64,000 nt of DNA, taken from the NCBI RefSeq assembly GCF_963921235.1, contig NC_086097.1, positions 8,246,001-8,310,000 on the forward strand, given 5' to 3'. Every line of letters begins with the position of its first letter. The first letter of the stretch is position 1. A program made the position numbers and the translations under genes. This document shows, one piece after another, positions 37,445 through 48,350 of the stretch. The notes under the pieces are model-generated. The model was not told the origin of the DNA. It saw only the letters and a list, made by a program, of their open reading frames with translations, and did no database searches. This DNA comes from Mobula hypostoma (taxonomy: Eukaryota).

Positions 37445-38560
37445 TGTCACAATGAGGTGCTGGCAACAGACCCAAATGCAAGACACAGACACTGAAGTAC
37501 AAGGAACAGGACTTGATTAGAGTGGGAACGTGACAGGATACAGACAAGGAGCAGGGACAAGAACGCAGACTAGGGCTTGGACCCCGAGCCAGAGACTGGA
37601 CAAGGACCCAGAACCTGGGTCTTGCTTCGGGCTCGGGCCCAGGCCCAGGCCCCAGAATCAGGCATGGACATGACATGACTGCAGAGCTGGAGGCTGGGGT
37701 CTTGGGGCTTGAGGCTTGGAGACAGGCTGGAGTCTTGCTCTTGAGGCCTGCAGGCTGGGGTCTTGGGTCTAGGGTACTTCAAGGCTTGGGTATAGACTCC
37801 GAGCCAGAGACAGGGCAAGGACCCAGAACCTGGGACTTCAATCAGACTCAGACTCCAGAACGAGGCGAGGACACAAAACAAGGCTACTGGATTGGACATG
37901 GCTTGTGTGTGGAACTCCTGGGTAGGGAAAGACACAAGGACAGGTAAAGGCACATGGACAGGACTCAGGTAGGACTGGACGAGGGCCTTCTGGAGCATGG
38001 AGCCATGGACCAGAAGAGACAGGAGCATAGAACACAGAACCAGGACCCCTCCTCCTTGGGAACATGATGTAGGGCGAGGACTCATACACAGAACACTGAA
38101 CATGAAGAGATGGATCCCAACACAAGGTGGCAGAAAACCGCCAGACCCACCTAGCAAAGGCGTGGACACAGAGACAGATCCCAACACTAGGTGGCGGCAA
38201 ATAGCTGGACCTACCTAGCAAAGGCGTGGACACAGAGACACAATTCCACACAACGAAAGACAGTTCCTTATCTTGACCTAACAAGACTCTGGTCTTGCTC
38301 CGGCAGTAAAACTTCAGCGATACAGGCAGGGTATCCAGGCTAGGTGAGCGGGTAGAGAGTCAGACAAGGGAGGAAAGACAAGGAGGGGAACAGAACAGTC
38401 CAGCAGGGAATCCCTCGTTTGCAGAGGTATTTATGTCTCAGCCCCAAAACGAGAATCATGTGCCTACAACAGAAACTGGGGAAAACCAGAAACCCTGGAA
38501 CAAGGAACCATAGACCGGACCGTGAACCGGAACATGGACTTCACGGACCGGACTGTGACA
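37445..38560 (-). mobile_element. Solo LTR (1116 bp) related to 22324-23872
   Basis: TGTCA...TGACA; 5-bp TSD atgtg/atttg; shares gacccaaatgcaagac and gactccgagcc.gagac.gggcaagga motifs in opposite orientation; internal tandem duplication. Confidence 0.8.
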
Positions 38561-38989
38561 ATTTGTTGTTTTGTCACAGAAGGGAGCATGTCCTGGGCGA
38601 TGTGATATAATATAACATCACATAATATAATATAGTTATATAATATAAACTGTAGCACATTGTCTGTCTGAAGACTAGAAGGAAAGTAAGTCAGATTATG
38701 GAAATCTTTAATAAAAGCCGTAAAAGCTGAAAATACCCAGCACAACAGGTAACACTAATGGAAAGGAACTGAGAGGTAGGTGTTCAGATTGAAGAACTTA
38801 CACCAGAACAAGGAAAATTTAGAGATGTTCCATTGTTTAAGTTCTATGGAAAGGAGGGAGGGGGGAGAGGACAAAGAGGAAGGCTAGATTGTCACTGGCG
38901 ATGAAGATCGTCAATGACAAGAGTGGTGAAAGGACATAAAGAGGAAGGAGAGCCTTGCTGGAAGTTTGATCTTGTAGATGAAATATGAT

Positions 38990-39810
38990 GGACACACAAT
39001 AGACAGCATCCTAAAATGCTACATCACTACATGGTACGGAAACTGCAGTGTGAAAGAGAGGAAGGTTCTACCTCGGGTAGTCAAAAATATCTAACACATC
39101 TCTGGCACCAACCTAGCTGCCATCAAGGACATACAGTATATACAGAAAGGTGTTGGTAAACCAGGCAACATCATGAAGGCTCCCACCCACCCTGCTCATG
39201 GACTGTTTGTCCCATACACACTGGGGAGGAGGCTAAGTAGTGTCCGTGCCAGGACCACCAGACTCAATAACAATTTCTTTCCTCAAACAGTAAGACTGTC
39301 AACACTTCCACCCACAAACAAGAAAAAAATCTGTAGTTGCTGGAAATCCAAGCAACGCACGCAAAATGCCGGACGAACTCAGCAGGCCAGGCAGCATCTA
39401 TGGAAAAAAGTACAGCCGACGTTTCGGGCCGGGATCCTTCGGCAGGACTGCTAACAGGTCTCAGCCTGAAACGCCGACCGTACTTTTGTTCTGTAGATGC
39501 TGCCTGGCCTGCTGACTTCCTCTAGCATTTTGTGTGTGCTGCCTGAACATCTCCACCCACTGACCACACTCACAACCACCAATTACTTTATCATTTCCTG
39601 TCAGTCACCTTGTGTACAGCCCAGAGTCACTTTATGAACATGCAATTAATCCATGTATAGAAGCTATCTTATGAATTATATTTATTGTATTTTTATTATT
39701 GCAGTCTTTACCTTATTGTGTTTTTTTGTGTTGCTTCAGATCTGGAGTAACAATTATTTTGTTCTCCTTTACACCTGTGTGCTGGAAATGGCATTAAACA
39801 ATCCTGAATT
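38990..39810 (+). mobile_element. Old Rex1-like LINE 3' fragment; similar relics at 43530-44385 (-), 44655-45020 (-), 59400-59910 (-)
   Basis: MKAPTHPAHGLFVP..GRRLSSVRARTTRLNNNFFPQTVRL. Confidence 0.7.
39316..39545. mobile_element. Fold-back mini-Penelope
   Basis: Inverted arms; ~15-bp TSD aacacttccacccac / aacatctccacccac. Confidence 0.8.
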
Positions 39811-40299
39811 TTGCGGATCCAGCTCAACATCATGGCTCAACCCTTTGCAACTTCACCACTTGTGGACTGATCATATTCAAAGCCTGGTATGAGTACCTTA
39901 GGTTGGTTAGTCCTAAGGCAGCACCTCTGGACCCGAGCCCTGTTCTCCAAAGGTGGACAAAGCTCCTTTGACAGCTCATTGCATTCAAAAGCATTTTGAA
40001 CAATTTTTAAAATGCTTTTGGTGATCAAAGACTTTCAAAAATTTGCTCAAGTGCTGCTAATATTTTAAAGATAAAATTCATTGCAAAATAAATAAATGCA
40101 TCCTCAGCTGGTTCCTGACTTCCGAAGACATGAATGTCAGGAGCACACTGATCCATTGAGCTGATGGATCTCAATGGATTTGCCAACTAAAGATGAGTAC
40201 ATTTCAGCACATTAATCTGACATTTGTCCTGCGCAATTTTCCTTCAGGATTCTGATTGGTATTTATCCTTCAATCATCATTGGCTATTTTTACATGTCT

Positions 40300-40400
40300 T
40301 CATGCAAATTGGCTGCCACAATGTAACTACACTGTATAATTATTTAATTGGCTGTAAAGTCCTTCTGGACATGCCATGGCTTTGAAAGATGCTACTACAG
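40300..40400 (+). mobile_element. DeuSINE/SacSINE1-like 3' tail relic (another at ~19060-19130, -)
   Basis: tgcaaattggctgcc..actacact..attggctgtaaag..ggacat..tgaaagatgcta resembles the DeuSINE tail as I recall it. Confidence 0.45.
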
Positions 40401-40479
40401 ACAAGATAATAGAGTTACTTCCACAAGTTTGTGTTTGATTATGATCAAAATGTAATATCCATGAAAACTATTGAAGGAG

Positions 40480-40935
40480 AAACTCAGGTTGGAGGAGCTA
40501 CCCACAAATTCTATTTAGGTAGCATCCAACCTATGGCATGAACATAGACTTGTGGCAATAACTTCCAGTAATACTTTTCCCTTCCTCTTTCCTCTTCTTT
40601 AATTCCTCATTTTGGCCCCCTCTTATCACTTCTCTTCATCTGCCTATCATCTTCCCCTGGGGCTCCTCCTCCTTCCCTTTATCCAATGGTCCATCTCTTC
40701 TCCTACCAGATTCTTTCTTCTTCCACACTTTACATTTCCACCTATCACCTCCCAGCTTCATAATTCACCCCCTCATCCCCACCCACCTGATTTCACCTAT
40801 CTTCTTGTACCTTCTACTCCTTCCCTCTCCCCCACCCTCTCCAGCTTTTTATTCTGGCTTCTTCTCCTTCCTTTCCAGTCCTGAAGAAGGGTCTCGGCTC
40901 AAAACATCGACTGTTCATTTATTTCAATAGATGAC
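40480..40935 (+). mobile_element. Penelope 3' end (GIY-YIG C-terminus and pLTR); other copies at 45085-45700 (-) and 52870-53242 (+)
   Basis: ctcaggttggaggag..ggtagc.tccaacct.tggcatgaacat, polypyrimidine tract, cagtcctgaagaagggtctcggctcaaaacatcgactg. Confidence 0.75.
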
Positions 40936-40959
40936 TTAGATTTCCAGAGAACACAACCT

Positions 40960-41260
40960 GACAATAGAGGGATGTCCTTTCAGAACAGAGATGAGGAGGA
41001 ATTATTTTGGCCAGAAAGTGGTGAATCTCTGGAATTTGTTGCTACAGGTGACTGTGAAGGCCAAGTCATTGGGTATATTTAAGGCAGAGGTTCATAGAAT
41101 CTTGATTAGTCAGGGCATGAATAGATATGGGAAAAAGACAGGAGATTGTGGCTGAGAGGGAAAAATGGATCAGCCATGATGAAATAGTGGAGCAGACTTG
41201 ATGATGAGCCAAATGGCCTAATTCTGCTCCTAATTCTTGTGGTCTTATGGTCTTATGATA
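40960..41260 (+). mobile_element. CR1 3' end
   Basis: FRTEMRRNYF.QKVVNLWNLL; tail tcttgtggtcttatggtcttatg. Confidence 0.85.
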
Positions 41261-41546
41261 CCTGACCTACAGAGTCCCTCCACCATGTGCGTTGAAGGAG
41301 AAACTTGGTGGTTTGCTGTGAGGCACATGAATCAAGAAGTATCACATAGGATTCATCTGCCACTGATATCTCCATCTCAGGTACTAAGGATTTGTCTATT
41401 AATGTGGAGCATTCCTTGTGAACAGTGGTGGAAAGTTATAATTTTCAATTAACAAATGCTCAATAAAATATAATTTCAGTGATGTCAAGGAAAACACACG
41501 TGAATGATTAGATCAATACTGCTGAAGTTTATTTTATGATCAGCAG

Positions 41547-41622
41547 AATCTTAGGAGAAATATACCTACTAACTTAGGAGAAAGATATTTATTAATCTTA
41601 GGAGAAATATATTTATTAACTT
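41547..41622 (+). repeat. ~26-bp tandem repeat, 3 copies
   Basis: cttaggagaaatatatttattaa unit. Confidence 0.75.
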
Positions 41623-42052
41623 AATTTTAACCTTATGTTTTCAGGTAGACCCATTCCTCTTAATCCACTGATTTGCACCCTGTGGGATTCTTATCTTCAC
41701 AAGGTCAGCCACAGACCTTACGTAGAACAATTTCAGAAGCTTTGGATCACAACAACAAAAAAAAAACACTTTCAAAAGAGTAGGAATTTGTAAAGATGCA
41801 TTCCTCTGCATGTGAGGCCAAGCCAGTGACAAAAGCCAATGAAATAATCAGAAGAGGGTTGAGTGCATGAACATCTTGTCACAAGATGATGTATGCTCAA
41901 GGCTACAATATTAAAGCTAGTTGCATATTCCTGATTAAATTTAATATTTAATATATAATAAAATATATATTGTATGTAGTTTAATATAGTATATAAATTA
42001 ATGTTTATGGTTGGCACAATAGCATAGTGATTAGCATAACGCTATTACAGAG

Positions 42053-43137
42053 CAAATGTGCGTTATCCACTTTGGTGGTAAGAACAGGAAGACAGATTAT
42101 TATCTAAATTGAGTCAAGTTAGGAAAAGGGGAAGTACAACGAGATCTAGGTGTTCTTGTACATCAGTCACTGAAAGCAAGCATGCAGGTACAGCAGGCAG
42201 TGAAGAAAGCTAATGGCATGCTGGCCTTCATAACAAGGGGAATTGGGTATAGGAGCAAAGAGGTCCTTCTGCAGTTGTACAGGGCCCAGGTGAGACCACA
42301 CCTATTGTGTGCAGCTTTGGTCTCCAAATTTGAGGAAGGACATTCTTGCTATTGAGGGAGTGCAGCGTAGGTTCACAAGGTTAATTCCCGGGATGGCGGG
42401 ACTGTTTATGTCGAAAGATTGGAGTGACTGAGCTTGTATACAGTGGAATTTAGAAGGCTGAGAGGGGATCTTATTGAAACATATAAGATTATTAAGGGAT
42501 TGGACACGCTGGAGGCAGGAAGCATGTTCCCGCTGATGGGTGAGTTCAGAACCAGAGGCCACAGTTTAAGAATAAGGGGTAGGCCATTTAGAACGGAGTT
42601 GAGGAAAAACTTTTTCACCCAGAGAGTGGTGGATATGTGGAATGCTCTGCCCCAGAAGACAGTGGAGGCCATGTAGCGGTGTGCTACACATAGCGCTAAA
42701 ATAACCACACGTAGTCGGTGAGTTAGAGTTGCGATGAAAAAGATTTATTCAAACTTCACGGCCTGCCTTAAAGCCTTCCTGTTCCCGCCCTCCCTGGGGC
42801 AGGCTTGCTGTGGGGAAAGCCTATTCCCAGACCCTTTCCGTGCGTGGGATTTTCCCCCTGCTGGTGAAGGTGGCCTGGTGCCCTTTTTGGGGCCGGCCTC
42901 TCTGCCTGTGTGCGCTGTTTCGTGAGCCGGTTCGTGTGTGCTAGAAAGTGGGTCGCCACAGCCAAGTCTTTCAAGAAAGAGATGGATAGAGCTCTTAAAG
43001 ATAGCGAAATCAAAGGTTATGGGGATAAGGCAGGAACTGGATACTGATTGTGGATGATCAGCCATGATCACAGTGAATGGCGGTGCTGACTTGAAGGGCT
43101 CTAATGGCCTACTCCTGCACCTATTGTCTATTGTCTA
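42053..43137 (+). mobile_element. CR1 3' kb inserted in a V-SINE (42013-42052 / 43138-43420)
   Basis: EFRRLRGDLIETYKIIKGLD..RTRGHSLRIRG..FFTQRVVDMWNALP; tail ctattgtctattgtctat. Confidence 0.9.
42672..42960 (-). mobile_element. Young solo LTR (289 bp)
   Basis: TGTAGCG...CGCCACA termini; perfect 4-bp TSD gcca (42668-42671 / 42961-42964); minus-strand AATAAA; CpG retained. Confidence 0.85.
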
Positions 43138-45879
43138 TCACTGATCAAGATCAACTTCCATTACTGCCTGTATGGAGTTCGTACATTCTCCTCATGACTG
43201 TAGATGCTTCTGCTCTGTGCTCCAGTTTCCTCCCACATTCCAAGCACACAGGAGTAGGGTTTGTGTACAGTGCTATGCTGGCACAGGTAGCCTGGTGACA
43301 CTTGTGGGCTGTCTAGTACAACCCTCATTGACTTGCAGTGACACAAATAACACATTTCACTGTAAGTTTCGATGTTTCAATGTAGTAAAGATAATCCATA
43401 AAGATCTTTAGAGATCTTTTAAAGATCTTTAATCCTTAAAGATTTTTATATTGCTTTGTTAATGAATATCTATTCTTTTTAATTTTTCGACATTTTAATC
43501 TCCATATTAACACATTTAATTCTTTTAAAAGAATCAGAATCAGGTTTGTTGTCACTGGCATATGTCACAAAATTTGTGGTAGCAGTACTTTGCAATACAT
43601 AATAATAAGAACAGTATTATTGTAAATTAGAGTAAGAATATTTATTATTGATAATAAATACATTAATTAATTATTGATATAATTAATCATAATTTTATGG
43701 TTAAATATATGAATAAATAAATTATTGATAATAAATGTACTTTGAATCTTGAAATATATAAATATTTTTTGAAAAGTTAAATTAAGTAAGTAGCATAAAA
43801 ATAGAAATAAAAATGCAGTGAGGTAACATTCATGGGTTCAGTGTTCATTCAGAAATCTGATGGGAGAATGGGAGAAGCTGTTCCTGAATTGTTGAGTGTG
43901 TGCCTTCAGGCTCCTGTAACTTCTCCCTAAGGGCAGTAATGAGAAGAGAGCATGTCCACGGTGATGGGTATCCTTAATGATGATGCTGCCATTTTGAGAT
44001 TTTGCTCCTTGATGATGTCCTGGATTCTGGAAAGGCTAGTGCCCACGATGGAGCTGAATGAGCTCGCAATATTACGCTGCTTATTTCAATCCAGTACAGT
44101 GATACCACCAGCCCAGCCCCCTCCCTCCCCCATACTACACAGTGGTGTAACCAGTTATAATGTTCTCCACAGTACATTGTAGGAATTTGTGACTGTCTTT
44201 GGTGACGTACAAATCTTCTCAAACTCCTAATGAAATATAGCTGCAGTCATGGCTTCTTAGTAAGTGCATGAAAACGTTGAGCCCAGGATAGATCCTCAGT
44301 GATGTTGACACCTAGGAACTTGAAATTGCTCACCCTTTCCACTTCTGATCCCTTGATGAGGACTAATATGTGTTCCCGTGTCGAGGGCTGATGTCTATGC
44401 CCTTGTCTTGCCCATTCTGAACTCCATGATCAATTCCAGACCATCTTTGTATATTTGAGGTTCTTTTGGATGCATAGGAAAGAGCCTTAGGACATCTGCT
44501 TTTGGTATCTGTGGCAAATCTGTGTGGCTATTCCTCATGTCATCAATAACCCAGAGAATCCTTTGTTCTTGCACCAATATTCTATTCTGAGATAAGGAGA
44601 ATTTCTCAGAAATCCTTCATCAACGTTTGTAAATTCCACTTCTTTTCAAGGGATTAGAATCAGAATCAGGTTTAATATCACTGGCATATGTTGTGAAATT
44701 TGTTACGTTAATGGCAGCAGTACATAGCAATATATAATAATAGAGAAAAAAGCTGTGAATTGCAGTAGGTATATCTTTTAAATAGTTATAGTATGTAATG
44801 CAAAAACAGAAATAAAAGAGGTAGTGAGGTAGTGTTAATGGGCTCAATGTCCGTTCAGATATCAAATGGCAAAGAGGAAGCAGTTTCTGAATCATTGATA
44901 AGTGCCTTCATCCTTTTGTACCTCCTTCATGGTGCTAATGAGATGAGGGCATGTCCTGGGTGGTGGGGACCCTTAATGATGGACACTAACTCTCTGAAGC
45001 ACTGCTCCTTGAAAATGTCTTTCAGAGATTATTGGGTAATATAGAAGCATAATATGACTATTCCAGCAAACCACAGGAATCTTTAACACAAGAGATCTGT
45101 AGATGCTAGAAACCCAGAGCAACACACACAAAATGCTGGAGGATCTCAGCTGGTCAGACAGCATCTATAGAAATGAATAAACAGTCAATATTTCAGGCCA
45201 GGACCCTTCATCGGGACTGGAAAGGAAGGAGGAAGAAGCCAGGATAAGAAGGTGGAGGGAGGGGAAAAAGTACGTGCTGGAAGGTCATAGGTGAAGCGAA
45301 GTGGGTTGGGGGGGGGAGTAAGTAAGAAGCTTACAGGAGATAGGTGGTAGAGATGGAATCTGATAAGAGAGGAGAGTGGACCTTTGGAGAAAGGGAAGGT
45401 GGAGGGGCACCAGGGAAAGACGATGGGCAGGTGAGGAGAAAGGTAAGAGATTAAAATGGAGAATAGGAGAAGGGGGAAGGAGAGTTGGAGAAATCACAAG
45501 ACGCTCAAGGAATCAGTGTTCATGCCATAAGGCTGGAGGCTAGCCAGATGGAATATGAGGTGTTGCTCCTCTAACCTCATCATGGCAGTAGAGGAGGCCA
45601 TGGACCAACTGGTCGGAATGGGAATGGGGATTGGAATTAAAATGGTTAGCCACCAGGAATTTTGCTTTTTTTTTGGATAGAGTGAAGGTACTCAACATCT
45701 CAAAGTATTTTCCAGCTTCCAGTTTATTCAGGCATATTGAATTTTGTAAAACCAGATTATATTTTCCAGATAATAAAATTGACGTTTTAGTATAAAAGAT
45801 CATGGACTAAATTGGACGATATTACTAATTCCTTTCAAACACAATGGTTGACATGGTAATCTCTTCAGTCACGTTAATG

Positions 45880-46092
45880 TTGCCGCTGTTGTTGCTCCTC
45901 TCCGTGCCTTGTGGTGCATTGGGTGGCAACCTTGCCATTCCTTTAGCATTTATCTGTTATTTTTATGAACCCAAGTTGCTAGTTCAATGCTCAACCCAGC
46001 AGAAATGGAAAGCATCAAGGAGCCAGCCAGATCTGAACCTGAGACCACTTGCTTCAAAGTCTGATGGGGATGCCACTACACTAACGGCCAGC
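45880..46092 (-). mobile_element. tRNA-derived SINE related to 56277-56551
   Basis: Minus head gctggccgttagtgtagtggcatc..ggttcagatc; shared body ttccat..ctgctgggttgag. Confidence 0.6.
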
Positions 46093-47168
46093 AGTCATGT
46101 TAAAGTGTCCCACATATGCAACAGAGATTGGCCAGTTTCAGAATTTTATCTTCTTATCTTCATTAAAGTATCCATTTAATTAATTTATTTATTTAGGAAT
46201 TCAGCACACAACAGGCTTATCCGACCCAGTGAATCACACTGTCCAGCAACCTACCTATTTCACCCAAGCCTAATCACAGGAAAACTTACAGTGACCAATT
46301 AACTACTAAGCCATGTGTCTCTGGAATAAGGGTAGAAACTAGAGTGCCCAGAGGAAACCTGACACCTTCAGAGGGAGGAGGTTTCAAACTCCTTACGGAT
46401 GACATTGGAATTGAATTCTGAACTCCAAAGCCTCGAGATGCAATAGAGTTCCGCTAACCAGTACACCACCATGGATCTTCCATTGCAGGAGTATGTAGGA
46501 TGTACTAGGTGGTGGGGTGGAGATACATCTCTACCAAAGCAGGTGTAAGATGCTCCTTCCCTCCGCTAACCTGCTGGCCACCCTTGACCAAGGAGTAACA
46601 CCTGCTTAGCCCCCTCCGGATCAGGGTCACGGGAAGAAGGGAAGGATGGTGGTTAGAGCAGCTGGTGCGTTTGACAAGCCCTCATTATGCAATTACTGAC
46701 ACCAGGCAGCCAATCTCTGAAGAGTATTGATAATAACTAGGTCACCTGTCTTGTCAAGACGCTGCCCGGAAGAAGGCAATGGCAAAGCACTCCTGTAGAA
46801 AAATTTGCCAAGACCAATCATGGTCATGTGAAGACCTTGATTACCCACGTCATACGACACATAATGAATGAATGAAATGGAAGCATGAGGGGAATTGCAG
46901 TATTAAATCCAAGTGAGTTTGGAGAACTTTATGTAATCATTTCTTCTGACAGATAACAGAAAGCACATTGTAATCTCCCAATCATGTTCAAAAATTTGCC
47001 AAGGCCAATCTTGGTCATGGAGAGACCATGATCCCCCACATCATTCGAAACGGCACATAATGAACAAACTCAGACACGAGGAAATCTGCAGATGCTGGAA
47101 ATTCAAGCAACACACATAAAAAATGCTGGTGAACGCAGCAGGCCAGGCAGCATTTACAGGAAGAAGTA

Positions 47169-47206
47169 CAGTCGACGTTTCGGGCCGAGACCCTTCGTCA
47201 GGACTA
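47169..47206 (-). ncRNA. Minimal type-I hammerhead ribozyme motif (intact core)
   Basis: UAGUC-CUGACGA-A-GGGU(CUCG)GCCC-GAA-ACGU-C/GACUG: stem I UAGUC:GACUG, stem II, palindromic ACGU stem III, GUC cleavage triplet. Confidence 0.8.
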
Positions 47207-47771
47207 ACTGGAAGAAGAGATAGTAAGAGATTTGAAAGTGGGAGGGGGAGGGGGAGATCCAAAATGATAGGAGACAGGAGAGGAGGGATGGATCTAAGAG
47301 CTGGAGAAGAGAGAGGTTCATAGGATGGGAAGCCTGGGGAGAAAGAGAAGGGGGGAGGGGAGCCCGGAGGGTGGAGAGCAGGCAAGGAGTTATAGTGAGA
47401 GAGACAGAGGGAGTAAAAAGAGAGAGAGACCGTTTCGCTGAACACCTTTGCCCTGTCCGCCAGAGAAAGCAAGATCTCCCAGTGTCCACACATTTAAATT
47501 CCCCATCCCATTCCCATTCTGATATGTCTATCCACGGCCTCCACTACTGTCAAGATGAAGCCACACTCAGGTTGGAGGAACAACACCTTATATTCTGTCT
47601 GGGTAGCCTCCAATCTGATGGCATGAAGATTGACTTCTCTAACTTCCGTTAATGCCCCTCCTCCCCTTAGCACCCCATCACTTACTCATTTATTTTATGT
47701 ATTTTTTATTTTTTCCCCCTTTTTTTCTCTCCCTCTTTATTCTCCCTGTGTCCCCCTCACTATAACTCCTT

Positions 47772-48006
47772 CAAACAACAGGAATTCTGTAGATGCTGGA
47801 AATTCAAACAACACACATCAAAGTTGCTGGTGAACACAGCAGGCCAGGCAGCATCTCTAGGAAGAGGTACAGTCGACGTTTCAGGCTGAGACCCTTCGGC
47901 AGGACTAACTGAAGAAAGAGTGAGTAAGACATTTGAAAGTTGGAGGGGGAGGGTCCTAGAGATGCTGCCTGGCCTGCTGCGTTCACCAGCAACTTTGATG
48001 TGTGTT
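47772..48006. mobile_element. Mini-Penelope inserted in a Penelope pLTR
   Basis: 13-bp TSD actataactcctt (47759-47771 / 48007-48019); inverted arm. Confidence 0.9.
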
Positions 48007-48350
48007 ACTATAACTCCTTGCCTGCTCTTCACCCACCGGACTCCCCACCCTGCTTCTCTTTCTCCCCAGGCTTCCTGTCCCATGATCCTCTCCCTTCTCC
48101 AGCTCTTAGATCCACCCCTCCCCTCCTGTCTTCTCCTATCATTTCGGATCTCACCCACCCCCTCCCATTTTCAAACCTCTTGCTATCTCTTCTTTCAGTT
48201 AGTCCTGACATAGTCATAGTCATGTTTTATTGATCCCGAGGGAAATTGTTTTTTGTTACAGTTGCACCATAAATAATTAAATAGTAATAAAACCATAAAT
48301 AATTAAATAGTAATATGTAAATTATGCCAGGAAATAAGTCCAGGACCAGC

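Noticed and set aside
37570..38284. 205-aa and 148-aa ORFs
   Set aside because: Low-complexity frames produced by GC-rich LTR repeats
43600..43810. Extremely AT-rich tract
   Set aside because: Decayed LINE tails and low-complexity sequence with no defined structure
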